A DNA stretch of 64,000 nucleotides. Source: an uncultured virus (IMG/VR IMGVR_UViG_3300021407_000014) (lineage: Duplodnaviria; Heunggongvirae; Uroviricota; Caudoviricetes). The notes beneath the pieces are model-generated. The model was not told where the DNA came from and searched no databases. It saw only the letters and a list, made by a program, of their open reading frames with translations. The translations under genes and the position numbers were made by a program. Shown here piece by piece: positions 48,459-58,658 of the stretch. The stretch lies in IMG/VR virus record IMGVR_UViG_3300021407_000014; one strand, given 5' to 3'. How positions within the stretch are numbered: position 1 is the stretch's first letter; the number at the start of each line of letters is the position of its first letter.

Positions 48459-49063
48459 TGCTTGCCTGCTTCCGCGGTCGTGACCGTGACCGTAATGTCC
48501 GCGTCTGACGTCGCATGCGAGTGCGCTGCGACGAAGCCCGGAACCTGTGCCTTCGGCATCTTGATCGTGAGGGTAGCGACCGTCGGCGCGACGGCTTCAC
48601 CTGCCTGAGCGATCGTGCAGACAACCGCAACGATGGGATTCGCGTCGAGCGGGTCAGCCGGCGAGCAGATCGCGTTCGTGAGGTCGACGACCACGGTGTC
48701 AGCCGTCTTGGCTTGCTGGGCTGTGCAGGAGCTCGTGAGTCCCGCGAGCATGAACACGCAGAGCACGGGCAAGGGAGGCGGATTCGCGGTCGGCGGCTTG
48801 CTCGAACGCTTGGCTTCTGCCTTGGCTTCGGTCTTCGCCACAGCCGCCGAGTTCACGGACGGGATGGCGCTCGACTGGAGGAAGGCGAAGAGCGCCGTTG
48901 CTCCCGTTACCAGCATGCCGACGTCCTGCGCGACGATCGGGTGACCCTTCTGGAGGATCTGGGGGAGCCAGTAGAGCGTAGCGACTGTCCCGACGATGCC
49001 TGTGAAGAGCTTGCTGTATTTTGAGGACAAAAGCGCGACGAGGAAGGCCTGTAGCTGGTTCAT
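48455..49063 (-). CDS. Holin-like membrane protein with an internal lipobox-like site
   Basis: Two N-terminal TM segments, then VLCVFMLAGLTSSC. Confidence 0.45.
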   Translation of the reverse strand: MNQLQAFLVALLSSKYSKLFTGIVGTVATLYWLPQILQKGHPIVAQDVGMLVTGATALFAFLQSSAIPSVNSAAVAKTEAKAEAKRSSKPPTANPPPLPVLCVFMLAGLTSSCTAQQAKTADTVVVDLTNAICSPADPLDANPIVAVVCTIAQAGEAVAPTVATLTIKMPKAQVPGFVAAHSHATSDADITVTVTTAEAGKQ

Positions 49064-49859
49064 TACGGAAGTTTAGATCGAAGCTCGCTTTGCGCCAAGC
49101 TTAGACTTGGCAGAGCGTCGACGACGACCTCGTTGGGCAGCGGATCTTGTTGCATCGACTGGAGTTCTCAGTGTCCGTTCTACGGACCAACCAGCTCCCA
49201 ACCGCCAGTTGGATAGTTTATTTGTTTTTCGTTGTAACATCTTCTAATTTAATGCTCAGGGCTCTTGGTGAGCCCATGCTTCCAGAGGTGCCTTCCAATT
49301 CGATTCATTTTACCTGTCCCTGTCGAAGAGCTTGGATCGCCAACCCCGTGGCGTCCCGGTCCAGGTACCCGAGCGCTTTCTCGATCCTGGCCCTGAGCTC
49401 GATGTTCTCGAAGTGGAGCGCCGAGCAGGCTTCTTGAAGCTGAGCTACCTGCAAGTGGGCTTCGTGGTGCGCGCGCGAGAGCGCTTTGAAGGCCTGGTCG
49501 AGCTTGGATTCCATCGTCCCCTCATGCCCTGTAGAGACTTCGCCTTGCCTCGATGATTTTCCTTGAACGTGATGGGATTGCTCACGAAGGGTCGTGTCCA
49601 AGGATTCGCGGCATATCTCTTCTTCTCGCGCGCTCTCGTCTTCTGGAGTCGTCGCCGAGCCTTGTTCATAGCGTCACCCCTTCGCCGAGTAGATTCCCCC
49701 ACCCGAGTCCGAGGCCACGCGTGGACATCATGTGGTGAGCAATGGACCACTTGGCGTTCTCAACCGTTGAATATCGAAGAATCGGACAGTGGAGCACCAT
49801 GGGTCTCGGCCTTCGCCGAGCCAGCGCCCGCGCCTTCTGCCCACGCCGCCGAGCCTTGT

Positions 49860-50533
49860 TCATCTCCTGTTCCTCATGAGAAAGAGTCCTGCGCCGAGCG
49901 CTACGCCGCCGAGGAAGAGCCACGGCGTGCCGGGAATGCATCCGCCCGCGGCGCAAATCTCGCCTGGAGGTACGCGAACAGGTCCGCGTGGTTCGTCGCT
50001 GCATCGTCGAGTGCGGTCTGCAAGTCGCCCGCTGTGATCGTCCCCTTGCCGGCTTTGTCGAAACTCGTGTTCGCGTCGTAGTACCCGTCGCCCTGCGTCG
50101 CGATGACGTACGAGTCGGGCGACCCGGGCACGTACGTCGCCGGGAGGAAGTTCAGCCAGTAGAGGTCCCGCGCGCTGATGCTCGAGAGTCCGTACTGAGA
50201 GAGCCAGTTCTTGAAATAGTCGAAAACGTAAGGGAGCTGTTGGCTCACCGTGAGCTGCGTGTACTGATCCGCCGTGTAGTCGGAATTGAAGACGCCTTGC
50301 GAGCCTGGACAAATCTGGTTGAGCCCCACGCACCCGATCGAGTTCTGCGCGCTCGGGTCGAAGCCGCTCTCGGAGATAAGCAGCTTCGCGAGGTCGAGCG
50401 GGTCGACGCCTATCGCATTCGCTCCCACCACGAAGACGCCGGCCCACCCCGAGTCGAAGTAGGAGGGCGGGCTGTACTGGCCGAGGCCTCGGATGGCCCG
50501 AGGCGCGCGTCGACGAGGGAAGAGGTTCAGCAT
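49860..50533 (-). CDS. SLT lytic transglycosylase; probable frameshift near 49960 separates the C-terminal TM
   Basis: LISESGFDPSAQN..GLNQ; TM PWLFLGGVALGAGLFL lies in another frame. Confidence 0.75.
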
Positions 50534-50561
50534 GGGAAGAGCTTAGCGCATGTCCCCGGTT

Positions 50562-50921
50562 TCATCGTCCCCTCGCCCTTCTCTCTTCCCGCGCTTCATG
50601 GCGTCCCTGCAAGATGGCGATCCGAAGCTTCGGGTAGTCGTTGATCCATCGGTACAGCGTCCAGCGGCTCACGCGCAGCGCCTCGGCGACGTCGCGCACG
50701 TTGCCGCCGTAGTTCCTGAGCAGGTTCGCGATGCGCTCCGCGGTGCCTTCGGGGTCCTCCTCCCACGCGATGGACAGGTGAGGGTTGCGAGGAGCGAGGC
50801 GGCTGTCTCGCGCCCCCGGGGGAGCGAACATCCGGCTCATTGTGCCCCGAAGCGGATAGAGACTTCCACAACGCACATCGCGCCCTGGACGTTCGCATAG
50901 CAGCGCCACCTGCCATCCCAT
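50562..50921 (-). CDS. Fis-type HTH protein (start probably 50840)
   Basis: GGNVRDVAEALRVSRWTLYRWI. Confidence 0.65.
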   Translation of the reverse strand: MGWQVALLCERPGRDVRCGSLYPLRGTMSRMFAPPGARDSRLAPRNPHLSIAWEEDPEGTAERIANLLRNYGGNVRDVAEALRVSRWTLYRWINDYPKLRIAILQGRHEAREERRARGR

Positions 50922-51445
50922 CCGAGCGTGGCGCGGCCCCAGTACTCAATATCCTCGTGCTTGGGGTCGCGCATGCCATCGACGAGGACGGTGGGCGTCG
51001 GAAGCTCAAGCTGTTCCATCTGGGCAGCCCTTCTTGTGCTCGGCCATTCAGGTGATCGATTCGTACTCCGCGCCGCACCAGCGGCATCGCTTCGGCTGGT
51101 CGCTCAGGTTCTTCTTGTTGATGGCCCGCTGCTCCTCGCAGGCCGTGGTCGTATGCCCACGATCAGGCAGGCCGCAGTGCGGGCACTTCATTCAGGCGTT
51201 CCCTCTTTCCGCCGAGACGCGCTGCGCGAAGCACGGCGAGCAGACCGCGCGGGCGCTGAACTCTTGCTTCCTTGCTGCCCTGTCTGGCATGAGCTGGGCG
51301 CCGCAGGCGCACACGATAGGTGCGTGCGTGGGAAGCTTCTCGTCGTGCGTCGAGTAGACGCGTTCGCACTCTTCGCAGACAACGGTTCCATTCCATGGAG
51401 TGCTACCGTGGGTGTCGCAAAAGAGCATCTTGGTACCAGCGATGC

Positions 51446-52318
51446 TCATCTGCTCTTCATCCCCGCGCGCAGTCGCCCGAGCTCGAAGCGCGCCGCCATG
51501 GCGTGAATCTCGTTGGATAGGATCAAGAGCTTGTGTGCTTCGTCTTTGTGGGTCCCCTGCACGTTCTCGATCAGCTCGAAGAGCTTCATCCCGCACGTGC
51601 GCAGCGTGCCCTCGATGTCGCGCGACGGAACGTAGGGGGCGATGGGAACGGGAAGGGGCGCCGGCTTGGGCCGAGGCTCAGCCGAATGAACGCGTGCGAG
51701 CTCGCCCTCCGCTCGCTCTGCTCTCTTGCGGTAGGCCTCCGACAGAGCCAGGTCGTTTGCTGTGGTGAGCATTTGCTCTACCCCCTTTGCGCCGCCTCTG
51801 TACGGATCTTCTCCAGCCGGCTCTCGGGCCTGAAGACGAAGGCGCATCTCTTCCATCATGCCCTTCTCGGCTCGCTTGGCGCGCTCGCGCCAGTACTCGA
51901 CGCTAACGGTCTCGGTCTCGGACTCCGGGGGCGCCGGCTGTGTCTCGGCTCTGCTGGGCTCTTCGTGTCGGATAGCCATTGAGCCCATCGTCCCTTGCGC
52001 GTGAATGGTGACCAAGGGCGCCTCGACTGTGGTGGCATCGGTCGACACGTCGAACGCCGAGAACTTCGGCTCTTTGTCCTTTTTGCCGATCCACACGGCC
52101 ACGGTCTCGTCCTGTCGCTCGACGGGCGCGTCCTCGGGCGCCTTGTAGAACGCGCGGATCTCATCGTCGGTCATGTTCTTGGCGTAGAGCCAACGGCCGT
52201 CCCTGTACGTCGACTTGATCTTGCTCATCGCGCCGAGCGTCTTGTTCACGTAGAACGGCTGGTCTGGATCCTGGTCGTCGGGGAAGGGGCCATTGGGGGG
52301 CATCTGGAGGTCGGTCAT
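51446..52318 (-). CDS. Hypothetical protein
   Basis: 290 aa; AAAGG RBS. Confidence 0.5.
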   Translation of the reverse strand: MTDLQMPPNGPFPDDQDPDQPFYVNKTLGAMSKIKSTYRDGRWLYAKNMTDDEIRAFYKAPEDAPVERQDETVAVWIGKKDKEPKFSAFDVSTDATTVEAPLVTIHAQGTMGSMAIRHEEPSRAETQPAPPESETETVSVEYWRERAKRAEKGMMEEMRLRLQAREPAGEDPYRGGAKGVEQMLTTANDLALSEAYRKRAERAEGELARVHSAEPRPKPAPLPVPIAPYVPSRDIEGTLRTCGMKLFELIENVQGTHKDEAHKLLILSNEIHAMAARFELGRLRAGMKSR

Positions 52319-52553
52319 GGTGTGCCTTTCTGGTTTGCATCCCCACTTAGCGCGTCCGCACAGAAGTCGTCGAGTTCATTGAGCGCCGCGTCGAGTCGTT
52401 CCCAGGCCGCGCGCGCTCTCGGTCCGGCCTCAAGAAGAACCACGCCCCCGGTCTCGTTGCGTAGCTCGCGCGCCGCGCGGAGCGCTTCCGACTTGAGGGC
52501 GCGTAGCTGCTTGTGGCTGATGAGCTTGATGCTGAGGGGTCGCGTACGTGCGG

Positions 52554-53045
52554 TCATATCGAGCACCCAGGGTCCCCCGAGCAGCACGTAATAGGCCCGT
52601 TCGTGGGCGAGCCGGGAGCGCACGCGACCACGCCGCCGCATCCCGACGGAAGCTCGCTCGCGCTTGCGGCCATGAGGCACCCGCAAGTCCGGTCGCAGGA
52701 GCATTCCGCAGGCCACGTCTCGAGCGTAGAAGTCGAGCATCCGTTGGACAGGCACCGGAACCAGGTGAGCGGAGGTCCAGGACAAGCCTCAGGGACGACG
52801 TCGGTGCCCGTGTCCCCGGCTTCGTGTCCAGTCTCTGGCCCATCCGGTCCAGTCTCGCGCCCGGTCTCGGCCATGGAATCGCCGGCTTCGAGCCCAGAAT
52901 CGCCCGTCTCGTTCTGGGCGTTGTGGTCACTTTCCTGGGCGTCTCCCATGGGGGCCGAGTCACGATGCGGCTCGCCGTCCAGAAGGTCCGTGGAGAAAGC
53001 GCTCCCGCACCCGGTCAAAGCCAAGGTAAGTACCCAGCTCTTCAC
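52554..53045 (-). CDS. Lipoprotein with D/E-T/S/A-G linker and Cys-rich C-terminus
   Basis: MKSWVLTLALTGC lipobox. Confidence 0.65.
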   Translation of the reverse strand: MKSWVLTLALTGCGSAFSTDLLDGEPHRDSAPMGDAQESDHNAQNETGDSGLEAGDSMAETGRETGPDGPETGHEAGDTGTDVVPEACPGPPLTWFRCLSNGCSTSTLETWPAECSCDRTCGCLMAASASELPSGCGGVVACAPGSPTNGPITCCSGDPGCSI

Positions 53046-53849
53046 GACATGCTCTCTTTCTCAGCTCGCTCGATCTTGTCGTGGAGGAGCTTGCCCACGT
53101 ACATCGCTAGGTTCGCCGCTGCGAGCGCGGTCTCGTACGCCCGAAGGGCCATCTTCTGCTCGGCCGGCGTTCCTTGGAAGTTCTCGACGGCCCGAGTCTC
53201 GTCCCGTAGCCGGTTGAACATCTCGCGCACGCGCTCGAGGGCGTTTCGCACCGCCTCGTCTTCCTGCATCGTCCCGATTCGTCTTACGGCACTCATGGTT
53301 GCACCTTTCGCATGTTGGATTCTTCCGGATGCGCGCTCCGGTCCCTATTCTCCCCACGCGCGGCCCGACTACTTTTCCGCAGTAGGTCACGCCCGGACGC
53401 GCGAGCGCGTGCGTGCCGGTGACAATCTCGATGGATTCGATGCGGTCGAAGTCGAGGAGCATGCTTTCACCCAAGCCTGGAGGCCACGAAGTCCAGGAGG
53501 TCCCGGTAGTTTTCGTGATCGTGGTCTATGCAGCACGACAAGCCTTCGTTGTGCGCAGCGCAGTCGACCTTCGGAGCGTGCGCCGGCCAGGCCCGAAGCG
53601 CCGCATCCAGCTTCGCTCGGACGGGTAGGTCTCGGACTCCCGTAGCCTGAGCAACGCGCTCATGCAGGCACAGGGCGCAAAACGGGCTCTCTTCGAAAAC
53701 CCGATCGGACACCGGATAGTCTCGTCCGCAAAAACCGCACTTCCTCATAATCTCCTCCGTCCCTCACCAAGTCGACGCACGGGGCACCGAGAAAGGACCA
53801 ACTAACGCGGTCCCATGCGCCGACTTGGGGAGGGTCCCCAAGGTCTCCT

Positions 53850-54056
53850 CTATCCTGGCGCCCTCTCGATCGTGACCGACTTGAGTTCTTCGGGCTCGAC
53901 TCCGCGCGCCGCGAGCTCGCGCGTGACCTCCTCGAAGACCCACGGCCGGCCGGGACTCCACCGAGTCCAGCGGAGCGAGGGACGCTTGGGGTTCACGTAC
54001 TTGAGCGTCACGTGGAAGCGGTAGTAGGGAACGCCTTCGATAGTGTGAGTGGTCAT
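53850..54056 (-). CDS. Small hypothetical protein
   Basis: Preceded by the GAAAGGACCAA leader motif. Confidence 0.55.
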   Translation of the reverse strand: MTTHTIEGVPYYRFHVTLKYVNPKRPSLRWTRWSPGRPWVFEEVTRELAARGVEPEELKSVTIERAPG

Positions 54057-54316
54057 GACTTGGTCCTTTCTGCCCCGCTTGGGGAGGGAGTAGAGACCCG
54101 GGCCTCCACTCCCTCCCCTCGCAGGGTCTTAGTTCGCCGTCTTCGCATCGAAGACACGCTCTTCCTTGCCGCCGTCCTCTATCGCGACGACTCCGATCGA
54201 GTCGATCTCGCGCCGCTTGAACGCGGCCCCCAGCCGCTGGACCAAGTCAAGAACCTGGCCCAACTTCTCTTGCTCGACGTCGACAAGGACGGTGATCGTC
54301 ATTCTCAGTGTTTTGC

Positions 54317-54706
54317 TCAGACGTCCCCCACGCTGGTAAACCGGCGAGCTATGGCGAGAAGATCCGAGTAGGACTCAATCAGCGGCTCGACCTTGGCGAG
54401 TCGCTCTAGAGCCGCGTCGCGCTCGTCCGTTACCTTGACCAGCTCTTCGCGGTCAAGCGAAGCGTTGCTCTGGAGCTCTTCCTCGAGTCGGTTCTCCGCC
54501 TTCTCCGCTTGGTCCTTGGCTTCCGTTGCATCGTCTTTGAGCCACGCGATTCCTTGGAGCATGGCGTCCACGTTGCTCGGTCGCGCGTCGTCCTCGTCAA
54601 GGGCCGCTGCGATGTAGTGAAGCGATTCGATCGCATCCGTAAGACGCTCGCGTAGCTCATCGTCCGGTATGTCGCGCACGTAGGCGCGTGCTTTCCAGTA
54701 GCTCAT
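54317..54706 (-). CDS. Coiled-coil hypothetical protein
   Basis: Start at MSYWKAR after GAAAGGACCAA. Confidence 0.6.
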   Translation of the reverse strand: MSYWKARAYVRDIPDDELRERLTDAIESLHYIAAALDEDDARPSNVDAMLQGIAWLKDDATEAKDQAEKAENRLEEELQSNASLDREELVKVTDERDAALERLAKVEPLIESYSDLLAIARRFTSVGDV

Positions 54707-54725
54707 GGTTTGGTCCTTTCGTTTT

Positions 54726-55058
54726 TCAGTGCCGAGACCACGTGGCCCCTTGATCATGACTATGGTGCCCGGCCGCGACGGCTTGCGGGTTGACCTTGCG
54801 TCCGCTCGTCGCTTCCGCGCGCGCCACGGCCTGCCGGAGCGCCCACGAGTTTTCCAGCGCGAGCGTCCGATAGGCGCACACGTCGCTTACGTCGTCTCTG
54901 TCGGCCCACCCCTGGAAGACGATCGCCCCGTTCGGGCCGATGCCCACCCGCACCCGTCCCGCGCTCAAGTAGGTCTCAAGCCGCTTGAGCGTGCGCTTGA
55001 CCTCCGACATGCGATCCTGAAGTGTCTGCCCCCGGCGGGGCGTGCTCGTGCAAGGCAT
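54726..55058 (-). CDS. Hypothetical protein in the AAA cluster
   Basis: Start MPCTST, 4 nt after the upstream stop. Confidence 0.55.
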   Translation of the reverse strand: MPCTSTPRRGQTLQDRMSEVKRTLKRLETYLSAGRVRVGIGPNGAIVFQGWADRDDVSDVCAYRTLALENSWALRQAVARAEATSGRKVNPQAVAAGHHSHDQGATWSRH

Positions 55059-55062
55059 GGCG

Positions 55063-55872
55063 TCACGCGTTCCCTTCCGGGACGTTGGACGGGGAGTCAA
55101 AGTCGAAGTCGAACCGCTGCAAGTCGACCGCGGGAAGCGCGGGCTCGCTTGGGGCCGCGTGCTCGCCTTCTGTCACCTGCGCAGGCTCCGGCGCGAGGTC
55201 CAAGAACGCGAACCGCGCTTTCTCCAGCGCGCCGCGCTGAATGTCGGCGAGCACGACCGCCGCGTCTTCGCCTTCTTTCTCGATTCGCTTGACGATGACT
55301 CGCGCCGCCTTGCGCGCTTGCTCTACAGCTTCGCCCACGGCCTTGACTTGGTCCTCGCCGAGCATGGAACCAAGGCTCGCGGCCTTGCTCGCGGCTTCCC
55401 GGATCTCGGCGACGTCAAGCTGCGCGATGCCGCGATCCATTGCGTCCAGGAGTGAGCGAACCTCGCCCGAGATAGCCCGCGCGGCTTCCTCGTCGGTGCT
55501 CGCGATCCGCCCCTTGAGGCAGTAGATAGCCACGCGCGTGCACGTCGCGTTATCGTTGTGCTCCTCCACCATGGCGCGCGCCTTCTTCACGGCTTCGTCA
55601 AGCTCAGACTCGCGGTCTTGGGGACAGATGAGCCCGAACGACGTAGCGGCCGCGAGCCCGCGAATCAGGCCAAGCGCCTTGCCGCGCACCTTGACGGCCC
55701 GATCGTGCTCGGCGGGATCCACGATCACGCGAGTAGTTTCCCATCGCGCGACGCTCGCGCCGTTCGGGGTCTCGCTTCCCGCGTCCAAGTCAACCCGCTT
55801 GTATTCCACCCCGCCCGTAACGGTGGACTTGAGAGCTACCAGAATGCCCGGGCGAATGACGGTGGTTTTCAT
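55063..55872 (-). CDS. Helical hypothetical protein next to the AAA ATPase
   Basis: Start MKTTVIRPG after GAAAGGACCAA. Confidence 0.65.
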   Translation of the reverse strand: MKTTVIRPGILVALKSTVTGGVEYKRVDLDAGSETPNGASVARWETTRVIVDPAEHDRAVKVRGKALGLIRGLAAATSFGLICPQDRESELDEAVKKARAMVEEHNDNATCTRVAIYCLKGRIASTDEEAARAISGEVRSLLDAMDRGIAQLDVAEIREAASKAASLGSMLGEDQVKAVGEAVEQARKAARVIVKRIEKEGEDAAVVLADIQRGALEKARFAFLDLAPEPAQVTEGEHAAPSEPALPAVDLQRFDFDFDSPSNVPEGNA

Positions 55873-55904
55873 GGTTTGGTCCTTTCCTAGTATGGTTCGT
55901 ACGG

Positions 55905-57476
55905 TCAGATATCCAAGACGCGATTGCGTTGAGCCTCGACAGACTCCGGCGAGCTTGCGGGGCGCGCGCGTCCCTTGGCCCATTCGCGCAACGCTTGCAG
56001 CTTGTCCCCCGCGGTTTTGCTCAGGGGCACCACGGTTGCAGCGGCCGCGAGCAGGTCCCCTGTGGTCAAGCATCGCTCCCCGTCCGCGAACGCGGTGAAC
56101 ATGGCGTCCGGGACGAGCGCGGCGATCTCCGCCCCCGAGAATCCCGCGCACGCGCGCGCGACTTGCCCGACGTCAACGGGCGGCGCACCTACTTGGCCGT
56201 TCGCGAGAACGGGCGCCAGCGTCGCGCGCAAGACTTCGGCGCGCTCGCGCTCCGTGGGGAGGTCGACCCAAAAGACTTCGTCAAAGCGACCCTTGCGAAG
56301 TAGCTCGGGCGGAAGGCTTCGCACGTCGTTTGCTGTCGCGATGACAAAGACGGATCCCGTGCGTTCTTGCATCCACGACAGGATAACTCCAAGCGCATCG
56401 GCGCTTACCCCGCCGTCCCCTTGCGGTCCCGTCGCGCCAGCCATGGCTTTTTCTATCTCGTCCACGTGAAGCACGCACGGCGAGACTGTGTCGGCCACGG
56501 CGAGAGCCTTGCGGATGTTCCCCTCTGACTCGCCCACATACTTGGACTTGAGTGCTCCCATGTCGAGGCGCAACAGAGGGAAACCCCACGCGGTCGAAAC
56601 ACACTTGGCGGTGAGAGTCTTTCCCGTTCCGGGCGGACCGCAAAGGAGCATCCCCCGGGGAGCCGAAAGACCGTAGGCGCGAGCGCGAGGAGAAAAAGCA
56701 GACTTGCGCGTCATAAGCCAAGACTTCAGGAGATCCAGGCCTCCGATCGCGGACAACCCTCGCGGGTCGGGATCGTGCCAGGTGAGCACGCGTTCGCGAG
56801 CAATCACGCGCTTTTTCTCGCTGGCGACAAGCTTGGGGTCAATCGCGCCGCGCGTCTTCACGAGCGAAAGCGAGTAGCAGTTAGCGGCTTCCTCGGCCGA
56901 CAGTCCCACAGCGGCATCGATCGCCGCGTCGCGCGTCCCGTTGGGCGCCGCGTTCGCGCGCTTGTCCTCGGGGAGGACTGACACAGCATCTTCGAGTAAC
57001 TTCGCAATCTCCGCGCGGTCCGGAAGGGGGTACTCGAGCACAGTCGCATGTCCCGCTAGCTCGGGCGGAACGTCCCCCGAGGGGGAGAGCACGACGATCG
57101 CGCGCTGTTCTGTAAGCGGCGTCCCCTGAAGACTCCGCGCGAGGTTGCGCATGCTGCGAAGGACGATCGGGTCAAGCCACTTGTGAAGGTCGCGCAGCAC
57201 GTAGACGTAGCGCTCGCGCGAGTCACGAATGAACGCCAGCATACCGGACGGGTCAGCTAGGCGCGCGTCCAGGATCTTGCCTAGTTCGTCCGTCATGCCT
57301 TGCGCGCAATCCCAGAACCGGACGGGGAGCTTTGCGGCCGCGCTCGCTTCGATGAGAGAGTTTTCGGCACGCTTCTCTTCGCGGGAAACGATCCAGAGAA
57401 GCGCATGCCGCGAGCGGAGTAGCGCGGTTATGTCTTGGTTCACGCGCGCGCCGCGCGTGAGAGAGTCGCTAGTCAT
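55905..57476 (-). CDS. Ycf46-like AAA+ ATPase
   Basis: GPPGTGKT, LHVDEIEK, ATAN..LPPELLRKGRFDE. Confidence 0.9.
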   Translation of the reverse strand: MTSDSLTRGARVNQDITALLRSRHALLWIVSREEKRAENSLIEASAAAKLPVRFWDCAQGMTDELGKILDARLADPSGMLAFIRDSRERYVYVLRDLHKWLDPIVLRSMRNLARSLQGTPLTEQRAIVVLSPSGDVPPELAGHATVLEYPLPDRAEIAKLLEDAVSVLPEDKRANAAPNGTRDAAIDAAVGLSAEEAANCYSLSLVKTRGAIDPKLVASEKKRVIARERVLTWHDPDPRGLSAIGGLDLLKSWLMTRKSAFSPRARAYGLSAPRGMLLCGPPGTGKTLTAKCVSTAWGFPLLRLDMGALKSKYVGESEGNIRKALAVADTVSPCVLHVDEIEKAMAGATGPQGDGGVSADALGVILSWMQERTGSVFVIATANDVRSLPPELLRKGRFDEVFWVDLPTERERAEVLRATLAPVLANGQVGAPPVDVGQVARACAGFSGAEIAALVPDAMFTAFADGERCLTTGDLLAAAATVVPLSKTAGDKLQALREWAKGRARPASSPESVEAQRNRVLDI

Positions 57477-57685
57477 TGCTTGGTCCTTTCTGAGACTATG
57501 AGAGTGTATGTCTCGCGTATCGCGAGGTCAATGGGTCAGCCAACCCAAGTAGACCCAAACGCCGCAAGGCCTCACGTATTCGTCAACATGAGTAAAGCCA
57601 GAGACAACGCGATAGCGGTAGCTGTATCCCTGTTCCGCCATGGGGTGCACGTCGTGAACGGTCCATCCGAGGTTAGTTTTGCGGC

Positions 57686-58063
57686 TCATGGCTTGGCGAG
57701 CGCTTTCTCAAAGTGGTTTCGCAGAACGATGAACGTGTCGGCCGTCAACGAATCAGGCCATAAACCTCCCAGGCGTCCGCAGTAGTCAGCAACTTGGAGC
57801 ATGCCTCGGATTGCTTCGTTGTCTCTGTCCTCGCGAATGCGATCGATCGTCCACACGATCGAGTCGTACAGCCACGCGGTGTAGCGTGTTTTCGCGTCTG
57901 CGTTTGCGCCGAACGTAAGGACTTGGTCCAAACGCTCGACTCCTAGCCGCTGCAAGCCTACCAACGCGTTGCGCTGGTAGCGTGCCCAATCGTCCGGGAA
58001 AGAGTGAGCGCTTGGCCCCGACGTCGGACGAGCCTGCTCTATCAGGTCAGAAACGGTTTGCAT
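57686..58063 (-). CDS. Hypothetical protein
   Basis: Start MQTVSD after GAAAGGACCAA. Confidence 0.55.
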   Translation of the reverse strand: MQTVSDLIEQARPTSGPSAHSFPDDWARYQRNALVGLQRLGVERLDQVLTFGANADAKTRYTAWLYDSIVWTIDRIREDRDNEAIRGMLQVADYCGRLGGLWPDSLTADTFIVLRNHFEKALAKP

Positions 58064-58137
58064 GGTTTGGTCCTTTCCTCTCATGAGCCGACCACGCCAG
58101 CGCACCCCCCTACGCTGGCGAACGTCGACGCGCGAGG

Positions 58138-58323
58138 CTAGCGAGCGCGAGTCGTAAAACCTTCGTACGCCCCGCGTATCCACTCCTTAGGATTCCCTTC
58201 GTCTTCCTCCGCGGAAGGGATGAACGAGTGAAGATCGGAGATGTAGACGTGCGCGCGCTTGGCGTACTTTCTGCCAAACGCGTACCCGAGATCAAAGGAT
58301 CTCTCTGTCGGATTGTTGCTCAT
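58138..58323 (-). CDS. Small hypothetical protein
   Basis: Start MSNNPT after GAAAGGACCAA. Confidence 0.5.
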   Translation of the reverse strand: MSNNPTERSFDLGYAFGRKYAKRAHVYISDLHSFIPSAEEDEGNPKEWIRGAYEGFTTRAR

Positions 58324-58391
58324 GGCCTTGGTCCTTTCTACTTCGTCCCCCCGACACCCAACAATGTACGTCGCGCGTATCGCGGCGCTTG

Positions 58392-58658
58392 TCACCCAAA
58401 CGGATGACACTCGGGTCCGGCCGGATGGAAGTCCCATCCCACCACGCCAGCGGTTTGCAGGTAGAGGCCCCCCGTGTGGTGCTTCCGTAGGATGGTGGTC
58501 GCCATTCCGTCAGGAGTGTAATAGAATCGTCCTACCTCCTCCGACCCCGACCACACGTCAGCAGGCACCGGGCCCGCGGCGATCGTGTAGGGGGATGGAT
58601 TCGTCGCTTGAGGCTCGCGCTTGGCTCGCGGGGCCCGGCGCGCGTAGTAGCGTCGCAT
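58392..58658 (-). CDS. Small hypothetical protein
   Basis: Leader motif plus upstream promoter at 58688-58716. Confidence 0.5.
   Translation of the reverse strand: MRRYYARRAPRAKREPQATNPSPYTIAAGPVPADVWSGSEEVGRFYYTPDGMATTILRKHHTGGLYLQTAGVVGWDFHPAGPECHPFG

Noticed and set aside
54081..54118. Hairpin GGGGAGGGAGT...ACTCCCTCCCC
   Set aside because: The 11-bp stem is real but has no U-tract and no other evidence of function.
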